Source of the DNA: Octopus bimaculoides
Lineage: Eukaryota
Reading direction: 5' to 3'
NCBI RefSeq assembly: GCF_001194135.2
Contig: NC_068981.1
Span: 3,279,262 to 3,343,261 of the forward strand
DNA length: 64,000 bases
Positions within the stretch are counted from its first letter, which is position 1. Every line of letters starts with the position of its first letter. The position numbers and the translations under genes were made by a program. Below the pieces are notes generated by a model. It was not told the DNA's origin and did no database searches. It saw nothing but the letters and a program-made list of their open reading frames with translations. Positions 37,055 through 50,592 of this stretch are shown here, piece by piece.

Positions 37055-37551
37055 CGCGAATGATTTAGTAAATAACTGGCTTATTGGAAATTGTTTTCGA
37101 TCAGAACTATTTATCTAGAACGAGGGAGGAGGGTATGAAGACAGGCGGTGCCAGCAAACGTTCCCATAGCCATCTTATTATCATTTAGCAACAACAAACA
37201 ATAACACGTGTATGGCACTTTGTTGTATGAGCGGTGCTACGTATTATTACCTAAATGAGTGTTTGGTGAGGTGGCGGCGATGGAAGCAAGCTGATTGTAG
37301 CGGTGATGGCGGCGAAGATGATGAATGGGCGGTGGTGTTGATGTTAGCAGTGTTTGGCGGTGTGTAGTTGTATGATATCAGAGATGATATTTCTAATGGT
37401 GGTGCTTGGAGACGGAGTTTGTTAAGCAGAGCAAAATTAAATATAAAGAAGCAAAACGTGACGAAGCAAGCAGCAATCGTAGTGACAGAGTATATATATA
37501 TGTATCAATAATTATTTAACTTAATCATCATTACGACCATAAATGAGAGAG

Positions 37552-37599
<48 letters not shown>

Positions 37600-37800
37600 T
37601 GAGTGAGTGAGAGAGAAATGAAGTGTAAACTAGACGCGCAACTGAAAGAAAAGGGATCCGGTGATATTCGATTTATAAGTAAAAGAGAGGAGGGGGGGGG
37701 GAACAGAGTCTCCCGATTTTTTTTTTTTGAACGAAAATGGCTCGTATCAAATTGCACGTAAGATTACCCCACCCCACTGCAATTGTGACTTAACCGACTG
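37055..37800 (-). promoter_or_regulatory. Candidate promoter and non-coding first exon of the NR5B gene
   Basis: Coding exon 1 has a splice acceptor, so an upstream exon is required. This region is visibly CpG-enriched, lacks recognisable transposons, and ends in a consensus minus-strand donor CGCG|gtgagt at 37055/37054. No transcript evidence. Confidence 0.4.
37547..37616. repeat. (GA)n(GT)n(GAGT)n compound microsatellite
   Basis: Read directly from the sequence. Confidence 0.92.
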
Positions 37801-40690
37801 GTTTATATGATTATATACACACAGGTGATTAGTGTAGGGCCTATACACAGTATTTTTGAGAGAAGGTTAGAGAGAGAGAGAGAGAGACAAGAAGAGGGAG
37901 AGAAAAAGACGGAAAGAAAGAGAAAGTGAAGAAGAGAAAAACAGATTGCTTGTAACAAAAATTAATAACTAATTAAAAGGTTGCTGGCTATTGAAATATT
38001 CTTGCTTAATTGGAAAGTGCTAAAGAGAAAACAAATTTAGAAACTGATTGAAGACACTTATATTCTTGATATAGCGATAAACGGATATGTAAATGGAATC
38101 AAATAAATTGAATTGCAGAAAATTAAGACAAATATCGATTAGCTATGGCGACAACAAAACTGGCGCTGAAAAGTTTTCTTCTGATCATCCAAAGCTAAGC
38201 AGACGATCACAGTTGGCTGTGAAATAAAGCAACATGCCAAGTGTTAACCACATTACAGACTGGACAAAAAAAAAAAGCACTCATCATTATTATTATTGTT
38301 AGATTTCACAGAATGTGACTCATAATGACACTGAATGTGACTCATAGGCATCAAGTTTATTGTCTGAGCAATAAAAAGGGAAAAACAAGTAAAGCTCATT
38401 GACGAAGACTCGACAACCACACAGCCAGGCATGGCTGTGGTTATGAAGTTTGCTTCCACAACTACATCGTTTCAAATTCAATCTCACTGTGCAGCCCTCT
38501 TGGGCAAGTGTCTTCTATATGTGTATTGTGTGTGTGTATACACGTACACACACACGTTTTGAATCTTCTGTGAAAACATCCAGCCATGGAGAAATATTAC
38601 CTTGCTTAGAAACAGATGAGGAAGGCATTTGGCCATAGAAAATCTGTTTCAACAAATTCCGTCCAACCTATACGGACATGGTAAAGTGGACATGAATATG
38701 ACAATGATGATGATAGACAGACAGAAGGATTGAAATTTCGGGACTCCGGCTGACCAAAGCCATGTGAATGAAATTTGGTTAATGGAGTCCACTCTGTTGC
38801 ATGTACTGAGCCAGGTCTCATATTTGACCCCAGTAGTTAACTGATACTTTATTTTATTGACCTCCCTTCTTTTGAAAGGATGAAAAGAATAATGATGATA
38901 ACTGACTATGTTCTGTCCCCAAATTTGTGGCCTTTTGCCTGCGTTAGAAATTCTATAGAGTTCTCTTTAATGGCCTCTATTACTAAAATAGCATTATGTG
39001 ATGGTGGTGGTAGCGGTGATTTTGTATGTGTGTGTGAGTGACGCTTTGACCATGGCTTGAATTTCACCTCTCACATCTTGTTTCAAAAAGTTTGTAGGAG
39101 AGGGTGGATTGTTCACTTGAAATCCAATGACAGACAGGCCCATTATGATTTATCTCACCAGCACTGTCCCCGTGCAGGGTGGTACCGGTTGTAGTGGTGT
39201 CATGTTACAATATACTTCTATATTCGTTTCTCAGTACAAAAGAAGCGGAAATTTGAGAATTCAAGTCTATAATGAAAAGCAATTAGTGCATGATTACTAA
39301 GGCACTATTTCACAAAGAGTGTATGTGAAGAATTCAATTTGTCAACCGTGGAGATTGCAAGAGATATCATCACATGCGTGGATTTTTTTTCAACAAATCT
39401 GGGTCATGTTCATTTCAGTAGTAAGAAATAGTTTGTTGGTGTGGAGTTACAGCAATGACCAACACACATAAGAGTATCTTTAGAGATGGGTCTTATCAAA
39501 TCTGATGACGAATTTGATAGAGGTAAGAATGGAACCTGTGAATTTGAAAGCTGTTCTGTACATCAAATTCAAGATGTGTTCATTTCAATTGGAAGTTTTT
39601 CGAAATCATATCTTGTTTATGGCAGACCAATGACTGCAACACCCTAGCAATGATAGAAGTGTTGCCAATGATTTTAAAATTTTCTGTCTCTGAAATGGAA
39701 CTTCCCTTCATTAACTCATCGCTGGAATACCAACGGTCCCTTGCAGATATTGCCATCAACAACTGAAGCAAACAGTCAAAAGACAAAAACAGCGGCACCA
39801 TTTTAACACCCTAATGGATGCTTAGAGCATAAACTCAGGTTCAAATCTTTCCTTGGTGATTTTTGAAAGGTATATTTCAAATGAACACTTATTTAATATG
39901 CGGGTGTAGGTATGGCTGTGAGGTGTAGTGATGTGGATGAAGGTCTCCATATTGACAGTTTTGACATTGACAGGGCCTTGATGTCAATGGAATTTTGATG
40001 TTGCTCAACAGAGCTTTGATGTTGACAGATCTCGTACAATACGGACTTCACATTCACAGTGACTTTTATGCTAATGGAGACTTGGTGTCCATGAGAACTT
40101 GATGTTCAGGGTGGCTTTGATGTTGAAGAGGCTTTCATGTTTGGGGTGGGGGGAGTGCTTGAAGTCGACAGAACTTATATGTTGATGGAACTTTAAAGTC
40201 AACAAGGGGTTTGATGTCAACGGGGCTTTGATGTCAATGGGACCTTGATGTTGAGAGGCTAAGCACAGACTTTTAACAACAGCTGAGGTTGTAACAAGAT
40301 TTTTGTTTAAACATTTTCATAGTAATGCTTTTCAAAGATCTATGTAAGCAGTTTCGTAATGACTGCTTTTCCACATGGAACACCTTTCTCACATTTTAAA
40401 CATATTGGTACTGGTATTAAGAAGCTATTTAATGCTGTGGGAGAAATTATCATCATGACACTTATTACTGATAACCCCCTTCTCTTAAACTGTTTGTATA
40501 TAACTGCTCAAAAAATCCTTTATTATATAGTTTATAGGCACAGGCATGATCGTGTGGTTAAGAAGCTTGCTTTGAAACCATGTGGTTTTGAGCTCTGTTC
40601 CATAGCATGGCACCTTGAGTGTTATTTAATATGGCTCTACGCTGATCAATGTCTTGTGAGTGAATTTGGTTAAACAGAAACTGAAAGAAA

Positions 40691-40918
40691 GGCAGCAAGC
40701 TGGCAGAGTGGTTAGCACACCGGGCAAAATGCTTAGCGATATTTCGACTGTCTTTACGGTCTGAGTTCAAATTCCGCCGAGGTTGACTTTACCTTTCATC
40801 CTTTCGGGGTCAATAAATTAAGTACCAGTTACGCACTGGGGTTGATGTAATTGACTTAATCCCTTTGTCCTTGTTTGTCCCCTCTATGTTTAGCCCCTTG
40901 TGGGCAATAAAGAAATAA
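40691..40918 (+). mobile_element. tRNA-derived SINE (family A) nested in a family B SINE
   Basis: GGCAGCAAGCTGGCAGAG...GTTCAAATTCCGCCGAGG...AAAGAAATAA. TSD GAAAC(T/G)GAAAGAA at 40677-40689 and 40919-40931. Confidence 0.88.
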
Positions 40919-41325
40919 GAAACGGAAAGAAGTTCACCATACACACACATACACATGAGTGTGTGTGTGTGTGTGTGTATACATAAGTATGGTGAACTGT
41001 CGCAAGGTACTTGACCACAAAATAAGCCAAGAAAGTGATTTAAGGACAACTTAAAAGAATCACTTGGAATCTGTGAGATTTCAAAACAGGAGTGAGAAGG
41101 TATATCATACAATAAGAAAACTTGGATGCAAAAAGTCTATGATGGAGTGAGCACATTCCAGCAAAATGGAAATGAGGGGTCATGCATAAGGAGATCAGCA
41201 CGAAAAGACTATGCCGTTGACCCTACAGTTTCTCACTTAGTCTGAGGTCTATGGCTACATATATATGTCTCGCACAGGCCTGGTGAGCCACAAGAAAATC
41301 ATGTAGAAAGACCTGCTACAAACTA

Positions 41326-41549
41326 CAGGGTGTCCCAGAATTAACTATCTATTTCAATGAAATCAGGCAAATCTAAAAAAAAACCAAAAAAACTGACAGA
41401 ATTTGATGTTTCCTTATTTAATAAAATTATTTAAAAAATTTAGAATTTAAACACTTTTAACATATATTAAATCCGATAAACATAAATGAAAGTAAGTTTT
41501 TAAGAAAATTGTCCTATTTCACTGAAATAGATAATTCTGGGACATCCTG
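41326..41549. mobile_element. Tc1/mariner-type MITE (TA TSD)
   Basis: TA|CAGGGTGTCCCAGAATTA ... TAATTCTGGGACATCCTG|TA. The TIR similarity extends about 34 bp. Confidence 0.85.
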
Positions 41550-43235
41550 TATGATGACTTTCTTACTGACCTCACATGCACTGCACTGTCTGTGAGAAAA
41601 CCTGTAGAGGTCACTCAGGTTTAACTAGGTGCACAAGGGTGCACAGACAGAATTATCAGAATGATCCAGAACAACCAAGAAGTCAAAAGAATTTGTATGA
41701 ACGTTGAGTCTGCAACAAGTTCTGTAAGTCACTGACAGGAATCAAGAGCCATTGTTGTTTTCACAGCATGTAAGACTGTGACACATTTTATTTAGTCAGC
41801 CATGGTCATACTCATGACATCCCTTGTTGATGACCAGTTGCTTTGCACTTTGGAATTAAAGATGTAAAATAAAAGAAGTCCTTCACATGAGAAAAGAAAG
41901 CTAACAGTTGATGACAAGAAGAGCATCTGGCTGTAAAATTCTGCTTCAAATATGTTTTCATCTAACCCATGCTGGCATGGACCCACCCCTCCCCCCAATG
42001 TTTAACGAATGAATATTTATACATTTGGGTACTTTATGCCATAATTAGATGGGATAATATGATCGGGTGGAGTATACTGAAGAAAGAACTCGTAGCTCTC
42101 CTCTCAATTCAATATTTTGTTCCACAATATTTCAAGGGCAACCAACATATTCAGGTCATTATTATCAGCGTTAGGTTGTGTTTGCTATAAGTAATTCATG
42201 GCTGAGAATAAATATATAAATAAAAAAAAATATCAAAAAACACACACACACACACACACGGCATACTTGTGCACACAACACACACAACATAAACATGCAC
42301 ATAAAACACACAATGTACACATGCTCACAGAACACACAACATACATATGTACCCCCTTCCCCCACAGATAATTAATCTTTCCCCAGTATGTTTATTTTAA
42401 GACTCTTCTTTCACCCAAAAATATTTCCACTGCAAACATCAGAGAGCTGCAGAAACAGTAAAACAGTATCACACAAAATTAGTATTTTCTCTTTATGCTT
42501 CAAGTTTAAATCTTAATGGGGTTAAGTTCGTCTTTCATCTCGTTACAGTTGATTGCATATGTACCAGTGATACACTGACATGATTCCAAACCAATGAAGG
42601 AGCTTCTAAGTGATCGGTTGGCTTGCTTGAAATAGCAATCAAGCTGCCCTCTCACTAAAATAACACCCAATCGTCTTGAAAAATATGAAGGACATAAAAA
42701 TAAGGATAAAGTAGTTCTATATACTTAGAAAGAGTGGCCATGAGTGGAATGTCTTAAATCATAGATCTAACCTGAGGTTAAATACCAACAAGAGGAATTG
42801 ATTAAAGTGACCACATATACACATACATGCACATATACACAAACACATATATACACATAACCATAAGAATAATATATACACATAGACACGTATATTTGCG
42901 TGTGTGTGTGTATGCATGGCTACATAGTATTTATAGGAAAATACAGCAGTGAAACCCAATATTACCTTCGAAGCCATACATAGAAACTTCAAGGACCACA
43001 TGCAGTTTGCAAGCCACAGCTGGGCCATCACATACATACATAAATATATACATACGTAAATATATACATACAGCCTTAGCTGAGTTATTTATGACCGTGA
43101 GTCAAAATATGAAATTTATCTTTAACTTTGAGAGAATTAACATATTTTGTCATAAACATTAATTAGTTAATTAGGAATAATAATTTCATGAGGGAAGAAC
43201 AATATTAGACTTTTACTAATTATTTCAATGCATGA

Positions 43236-43570
43236 CTGTGTGATTAAGAAGCTTGTTTTGTAAATACATGGTTTGCAAGTGTCTTCAAACTATAGCCCCA
43301 ACCCAACCAAAACCTTGAGTGGATTTGATAGATGGAAACTGAAAGAAGCTTGTATATATGTCTATGTATGTGTGTCTTTGTTCCTCACCACAGCTTGACA
43401 ACTGGTGTTAGTTTGTTTATGTCCTTGTAACTTAGCAGTTTAGCAAAACTGTCTGATAGAATAAGTCTCAGGCTCAAAAAAATAAGTACCATGTTTGATT
43501 TGTTTGACTAAAATTCCTCAAGGCAATGCCCCAGCATGGTCACAAGTCTAATGATTGAAACAATCAAAAG
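43236..43570 (+). mobile_element. Family B SINE
   Basis: Colinear with 32271-32650. Confidence 0.78.
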
Positions 43571-43958
43571 AAAACAAAAGGATAAGGGAGACAATTCCAG
43601 ACATGTTTGAATTTTATGAGTTCTTCATCACTGAACATGCTGGAATAGAGATGGGAGGATCACTAAGTCTACATATATGCAAGAATGTACGTGAGTTGGT
43701 GTAGAACAATAGAATCATTTCGACAGTAAATAACTCCAAGGCATTATCTACAGGAAGAACAATAGTTTCTTCATTCTACCTTGAGGTTGTTTTTGTAGAG
43801 AAGACAAAATTGAATACAGACTATAAATAAGTAAATAACTTTAATGACATCAACTCTTCCGCTTTTTTTATGCTTCACTAAAAATATGAAGGCCATAGAC
43901 AAGGGGTGCTCTTTACACGGTCATTCTACTTGTTAGATATAGCAACCAAATCTACCAA

Positions 43959-44253
43959 GGAGTGGCTGTGTGGTAAGTAGCTTGCTTACCAACCACATGG
44001 TTCTGGGTTCAGTCCCACTGTGTGACATCTTGGGCAAGTGTCTCCTACTACAGCCTCGGGCCGACCAAAGCCTTCTGAGTGGATTTGGTAGACGGAAACT
44101 GAAAGAAGCCCATTGTGTGTATATGTGTTTGTCGCCCACCACCATCGCTTGACAACCAATGCTGGAGTGTTTACGTCCCTGTAACCTAGCGGTTTGGCAA
44201 AGGTGGTGCTCCAGCATAGCCACAGTCAAGTGACTGAAACAAGTAAAAGAATA
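43959..44253 (+). mobile_element. tRNA-derived SINE (family B)
   Basis: GGAGTGGCTGTGTGGTAAG...GGTTCAGTCCC head, GGAAACTGAAAGAAG core, and GACTGAAACAAGTAAAAGA tail. Confidence 0.85.
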
Positions 44254-46282
44254 TAAATATGACATATATGTCCAATCCAAGCCAGTATGGAAAGTGAACA
44301 TTAAATGATGATGATGATATATACTTATGGAGGGACACACTTTTGTATGAGGTTCTGAAGATAGTCTTTGTCCAGTTTGTTTACTTCCTTGCTTCCTTGA
44401 TTGTTTTAACCAACTCAGATAACTCAGAAAATAAGAAACCTAATTTTTTTTATTTCACAGATAATTATTTTGTCTTTTGGCTTCTTTTTGTGTGTGTGTG
44501 TGTGACTTGGATATATGATGAGTGTTATTTACTGGAAAAACAAAATCTGAATGTCTAATCTTGCTTTAGCATCTCAAAACTCCTGTAGCTAGGAAACGCC
44601 ATTTTTCTTTATTCCACAGATAACTACGTAAAATGAAAAACAAACATCATTTGTCTAAATTATGCTTTTTATCAAGTTATTTGGATACAAAATGAGTGAG
44701 CTACAAGTTTGAAATAAAAACAAAAACAATTATAAAAGAAGCAAAAACAGTCAGAATATGTTCATGCACCACACTTGTACACACACACACACATTGGTAG
44801 GTAAGTTTATACACTGACACACATAGGAACCACTGGTTTCTTGCACTCTTTTAATACCATCCTGTCCAAGAGTGCCCATGTTTTTATAGTAGAAGATTCC
44901 TGTTTTAAAGTGATCTAAATTGAAATTACCCTTTAAAAGTTCATGCTAATTTAAGTTTTACTATATTCTTCATTATTTCCCAAACTAATTGAAATAAAGA
45001 GGGGATATTTCAACAGGAATCTGGTAATAAAAGGGGATAAAATAATAAATTTTAAAATGGAAGTGAAGAAACACAAGAATGTTTGATAATGGTAACTGCC
45101 CCAAAGATTCTAATGATACAAGAGAAATGGAATGTTGACAACTGGGAATTGAAATGAAACCAGCTCTACAAAAGTTTGTATTAACTTCTGCTTCAAGAAC
45201 AAAGAAAGATAGGAAAATGTGATTAAAAATAGTTGAGGTAGGAGTGTTTGTGACATAAGAGAAACAGTTTCACATGAAAAACCATAACATGGCCTGACAA
45301 GGTTCATTGAGATCTTAATCTAAACATTCAAGCATTCACTACTTACTGATTTATAATTATTTCTTCTCTAATTATGGATTTCAAACTTTCAGAGGAGGTA
45401 CAGACATAGATGTGTTGTTCAGATGTTCGCTTCCCTACCACGTGGTTTCATGCTCAGCCCCACTGTTTTGCACCTTGAGCAAGTTCTGCTACAGCCCAAA
45501 GTCAGCCAAAGCCTTGTGAGTGGATTTGGTGGGCAAAAATGGAAAGACATCCATCACACAAACACGTGTATCATGAATGTGTGGGTGTGTCTTGGCTTTA
45601 CATGATAGTTGTAAGAAAGTGTCACTGTCATACAAGCAGTGTCGTTCATTTCCAGTCTCCCTTGAAGAATGGTGTCTGGCTAAAGGGAAATATCACCTCA
45701 CATGGAAACTGAAGAGAGTTGATAACAGGAACGGTATCTCACTGCACAAAATCTGCCTCAGTGAATTCCGTCTAACTCGTACAAGCATGGAAAATGGATG
45801 TTAAAACAATGATGATAATGAGAAACAGTAAACTTCATTCTTATGAAGTGTATTAAGTAAAAGGGGAATGGCTGGAAATGGGAAAAAGTTTAACTGTTTT
45901 GTAAACATGTGTCAGTGGAAAATTTGTTTTCTATAATAGTCAGTATCACATTAATAATTGACATCAACAAGAATGTTTAATAGGTTTTACATTTGTTCTA
46001 CACCAGCGTGGTTAAGAGAAATAGAATGCTGAAGCATTGTTTAATAGTTGGTTGCATTTCCTGTTGCTAACCCTTATCTGTTTTTCAAGAAAGGGGCCTT
46101 TTATCCCACACATCTTTGAAGAAGCAAAGAAGTCAGTGGATGAATTGTAGCAGCAGAAATAACAGCATCACTGTTTGCAGCCCAATGATTTTTGAAGATA
46201 TACAAACATGAACAAATGCATGCACGTGCACACATACATACACACACACACACACACACATGGCTGTTTCTTTTCAGTTTCT

Positions 46283-46515
46283 TATTTCTTTATTGCCCAC
46301 AAGGGGCTAAACATAGAGGAGACAAACAAGGATAGACAGAGGGATTAAGTTAATTACATCGACCCCAGTGCGTAACTGGTACTTAATTTATCGACCCCGA
46401 AAGGATGAATGGTAAAGTCAACCTCGGCGAAATTTGAACTCAGAACGTAACAGCAGACAAAATACCTCTAAGCATTTCGCCCGGCATGCTAACGTTTCTG
46501 CCAGCTCGCCGCCTT
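46283..46515 (-). mobile_element. tRNA-derived SINE (family A) nested in a family B SINE
   Basis: Near-consensus copy. TSD TTTTCAGTTTCT at 46271-46282 and 46521-46532. Confidence 0.88.
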
Positions 46516-48687
46516 GTTTTTTTTCAGTTTCTGTCTCCTGAATCCACTCACAAAGCTATAGTAAATACTTGCCAAAAAAGAGGTGGAGTGGAAATGAACC
46601 TGAAAATCATGACAGGAAAGCAAACGTTTTAATCAAACAGCCATGCCTGTGCCTTCACTGATGATGTTACATAAGGTAGATATTCAGAACTCAGCTCTTT
46701 CTATGAGTAAAATCCCATGACAGCAAGAACATTGGTTTTCATCATCATCACCAACAACAACATTGGATGAAAGCAGAATTAATTGACTGAACAATACTCA
46801 TGGGATTAAGTTTGTGGTTGCTTAAGCATCTGTTGGTGTTAGAAACCCAATGATTTGGAACCAACGGCATGCAAAGTAGAATAATGTAGAAGACATGTAT
46901 GCGAGGTTATATGATATATTTACTCACTTTACCATGACATTCTCTGACATTCTATATGACTGGTTTTCCTTTTAACTTCGACTGTAAGAGACAAACATAC
47001 TATGAAAGCTTAGAGAACTATTCACCAACACCAGTGGCATGCTGGCTCAGCTAGAAACTGCAGGTGAAATAGTAGAAAACGATGATGCAGAAAGAGGAAT
47101 GGGTAATATTATCAACTGAAAGGACCAGAAAACCCCCTCAAAAAACAAAGAAGGACACACAGACACAAAACATTAAATGAGAGAAAGGAAAAGATAGGAA
47201 ATTTATTATGAAGCAACAAATTATATCACAGATTTATAAACCAGATAGTTATCTATTTTACTCTCTTAGTTTCTGCAGTTCCCAGGATGATACTTGTGGA
47301 TTTATTAGTGCTGATGTCCTTTGAAAGAATGCTTACTACAACCATTTATTGTAATAATTATTGTAATTAGTGTAACAGACGCTGAGACATTACTTAATTG
47401 TGAATGATAAGATTCGTTTTTTGCTGTTGTTGACTTGCCTTTCAACTTAGCTTTGAATGACTTTGATAGTAACAATCTAAACAAAACTAATGGAGCAGAT
47501 AATTAAATTAGGTTCCTGTCATTATCATAATTAAATATTTGCAAGGAAAATGATGATTGTTCATATAGAACCACACAAGATATTTTATGACATAGAACCA
47601 TACTAGATATTTTGTAACAGAGAACTATAGGAGGTGTCTTATATAGAACTATACATACAAGATATTTTATGACAAAGCCATGACAGATGCTTTATGACGT
47701 AGAACCACACTAGGCTCTTCATAGGGGCCCAAAATTTGGTGCCGCATTGTCCTGAGATCAAATTCTCTTGGAGCTGATTTATTTACTTTCGACCAAGAGA
47801 ATCAGTACCAATAAGATACTGGAGAAGCATTACGGTATTGAGCTGCTTCTTTTACAAAATATTGAACTGCAGTTGAAAGAAATAACTGAATCTCGGCATA
47901 GAAATGGAATGGAACAAGTCTGGAGTGAAGCATTTAACATTTGTTACAGCCACACCAAACTTGAACTGGTCGACTGTCAATGTGACAATCGATAGCCTGA
48001 AGATGTGTAGGGGATGTTTTAAAGTAATTGGTTTTAGAGTCTACATCTGGATTCATCATCATTGTCATTATATCATCATCCACCTCACCATCCTCATTTT
48101 AAATGATTTTTGTCTACAATAGTTCCATCTTCATTACCATTATCCTCTTCCTTCTCACTACAGTCCCTCCTCCTCCTCATCATCATCATTACCATCACTG
48201 TGCAAGAAGAGAACACAGAGAGAACTCAACCATCATTAAATATAGCATTATTCACAAATTGAAACAATGCTGAGTTGTACAGACAACATTGATATCTCAA
48301 TACATCCAGCATAAACAACACATACACACACATACAAAACAATATATTGAGGGCAGTGGAGGGTGTTAATTAAAACTTTCCTATTAATTCCATTTTATTA
48401 ATCTCAGCATTCCTTTGGAATATTCAATAGAAAAGAAAATTAAAAAGAAAATATATACCATCATATATATAAAAAAAGAAATACCAATGCAAAATGCATC
48501 CAGCTTTGTAAGATGGAATGGACATTCTGTTGATTATGAAGACAAAATTAATAACGAAATATGAGAAAATCTAAAGTAAATATGCTCAAAACGTAAACAG
48601 AACAAAATCATATGTTTAATAAAATATGTCTGAAAGAAAGGTTGATTCCCATTTATTCTCTCCCTTCCCTCCATTTGTCTGTCTGTT

Positions 48688-48724
<37 letters not shown>

Positions 48725-48964
48725 GAGTGCAGAAGCAACATATCATTCTGTTAGAGGAAGATTATTATACGGTCCAATGCGTTGCAGTAAAATATTGCAA
48801 GAACTATGGCAAGGAGACATTAATGAGAAGAGGAACTTTTATTAATGTTTATCTTGAAAATTAGATTGGGCACAAGTTTCAAGAAAATACTGGAGGTGTT
48901 GAGCAGTTGGTTTATTGGTTGCAATATCTTATCATTCAGCAAACAATATGTAATATCTATCTCT

Positions 48965-49227
48965 TGGCCCCTCCCTCTATCTATCTATCTATCTATATCC
49001 ATCCATTTACATTCATCTATCTATCTATCTCCATCCATCCATCTACATCCATCTATCTATCTCCACCCATCCATCTATCTATCTATCTACATCCATCCAT
49101 CTCCACCCATCCATCCATCTATCTATCTATCTACCTACGTCTATCTCCATAAATCCATCTATTTGTCTGTCTGTCTATCTATCTATCTCTATATCCATCC
49201 ATCCATCTATCTATCTATCTACGTCTA

Positions 49228-49260
<33 letters not shown>

Positions 49261-49300
49261 CATCTATCTATATCCAGCCATCTATCTATCTATCTACCTA
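48965..49300. repeat. Compound (TCTA)n/(TCCA)n microsatellite
   Basis: Read directly from the sequence. Confidence 0.95.
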
Positions 49301-49809
49301 TGTTATTCTGTCAAATAATGCACAGAGAAACAAACGGAAGCAAAATTTTCCTCAGTAGTTATTTTATAATACTGGGAAAAATTACTGAAAAATAAATGTA
49401 AGGTCTTCACTTGTTATTTATGGAGTTTGAACATAAGCCAAGATACTAAAATCAATGCTGGTTACATAGTGCAAGCATTTTATTGAAACAAGACGCAATG
49501 TTACTTTTGGCAACATATATAAAAACAGAAAACTAAATTCTCTCACAAAATCTGTAAATTAAAGGAAGTGAAAATTTAAATATTCTGAAATGTTTTACAC
49601 AAAGTGGTGATGGTAGTGGTGGGAATAATCAATTTGGAAATGTTAATTTATCAGGGAAGTGAATAAGGTAAGAGAGAGATATGGTGCCAATAAGCAATAG
49701 TTGAGATTCAGTTAAATAATGCTGCTAATATCTTTTGAGAAAAGTATTGTATATTGATGCAAATTTTCCATTTGATAATTTAGAAGACATGTTGGTTGGC
49801 AGGGTTTAA

Positions 49810-50033
49810 CCATTTTGTTACCATATTTCTGTACATACTGCTTTTGTTTGAATTAATTTTGAAAACAATGAAGAATTTATCAAAATAACATTGTCATAAT
49901 TAAGCTGGTATTTGGAACAAAAATTAAGATGGAAATTTGATGGAAGGTTTTAATTTAGATCACTTTAAAACAGGAAGTTTGTATGAAAGAACAGGAGGGT
50001 TAGGGTTAGGTGGATGGATTGGTATCAAAAGGG
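49810..50033. mobile_element. piggyBac-type MITE, opposite orientation to 52055
   Basis: TTAA|CCATTTTGTTACCA ... TGGTATCAAAAGGG|TTAA. Confidence 0.75.
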
Positions 50034-50052
50034 TTAAATTACAGTGAAGGTA

Positions 50053-50592
50053 ATCATCATCATCATCATTTAACGTCCACTTTCCATGATAGCATGGGTT
50101 GGACGATTTGACTGAGGACTGGCGAACCAGATGGCTGCACCAGGCTCCAGTCTGATCTGGCAGAGTTTCTACAGCTGGATGCCCTTCCTAACGCCAACCA
50201 CTCTGAGAGTGTAGTGGGTGCTTTTACATGCCACCAGCACGAGGGCCAGTCAAGCGGTACTGGCAATGGCCACGGTCAAATGGTGTTTTTTATGTACCAC
50301 CTGCACAAGAACCAGTCCAGTGGCATTGGCAATGACCTCGCTCAAATGCTTTTTTCGTGCCACCGGCACAAGTGCCAGAAAGGCAACGCTGGTAACAATC
50401 ACGCTCAAATGGTGCTTTTCACGTGCCACCAGTGCAGAAGCCAGACAGCTGCTCTGGCAATGATCACGCTCGGATGGTGCTATTAGTGCTCCACTGGCAC
50501 GGGTGCCAGTCATTGAATTTGGTTCAATTTCGATTTCACTTGCCCCAACAGGTCTTCGCAAGCAGAGTTTAGTGTCCAATGAAGGAAAGGTT
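50053..50592 (-). mobile_element. RTE LINE 3'UTR fragment
   Basis: Near-identical to 20546-21090. (CAT)n tail on the + strand. Confidence 0.85.

Noticed and set aside
48845-49318. 157-aa ORF rich in IYLS/IHPS
   Set aside because: It is a translation of the (TCTA/TCCA)n microsatellite.
49997-50012. TTAGGG-like repeats (also near 29993)
   Set aside because: Only about two units are present, and this one lies inside a MITE. It is not an interstitial telomere array.
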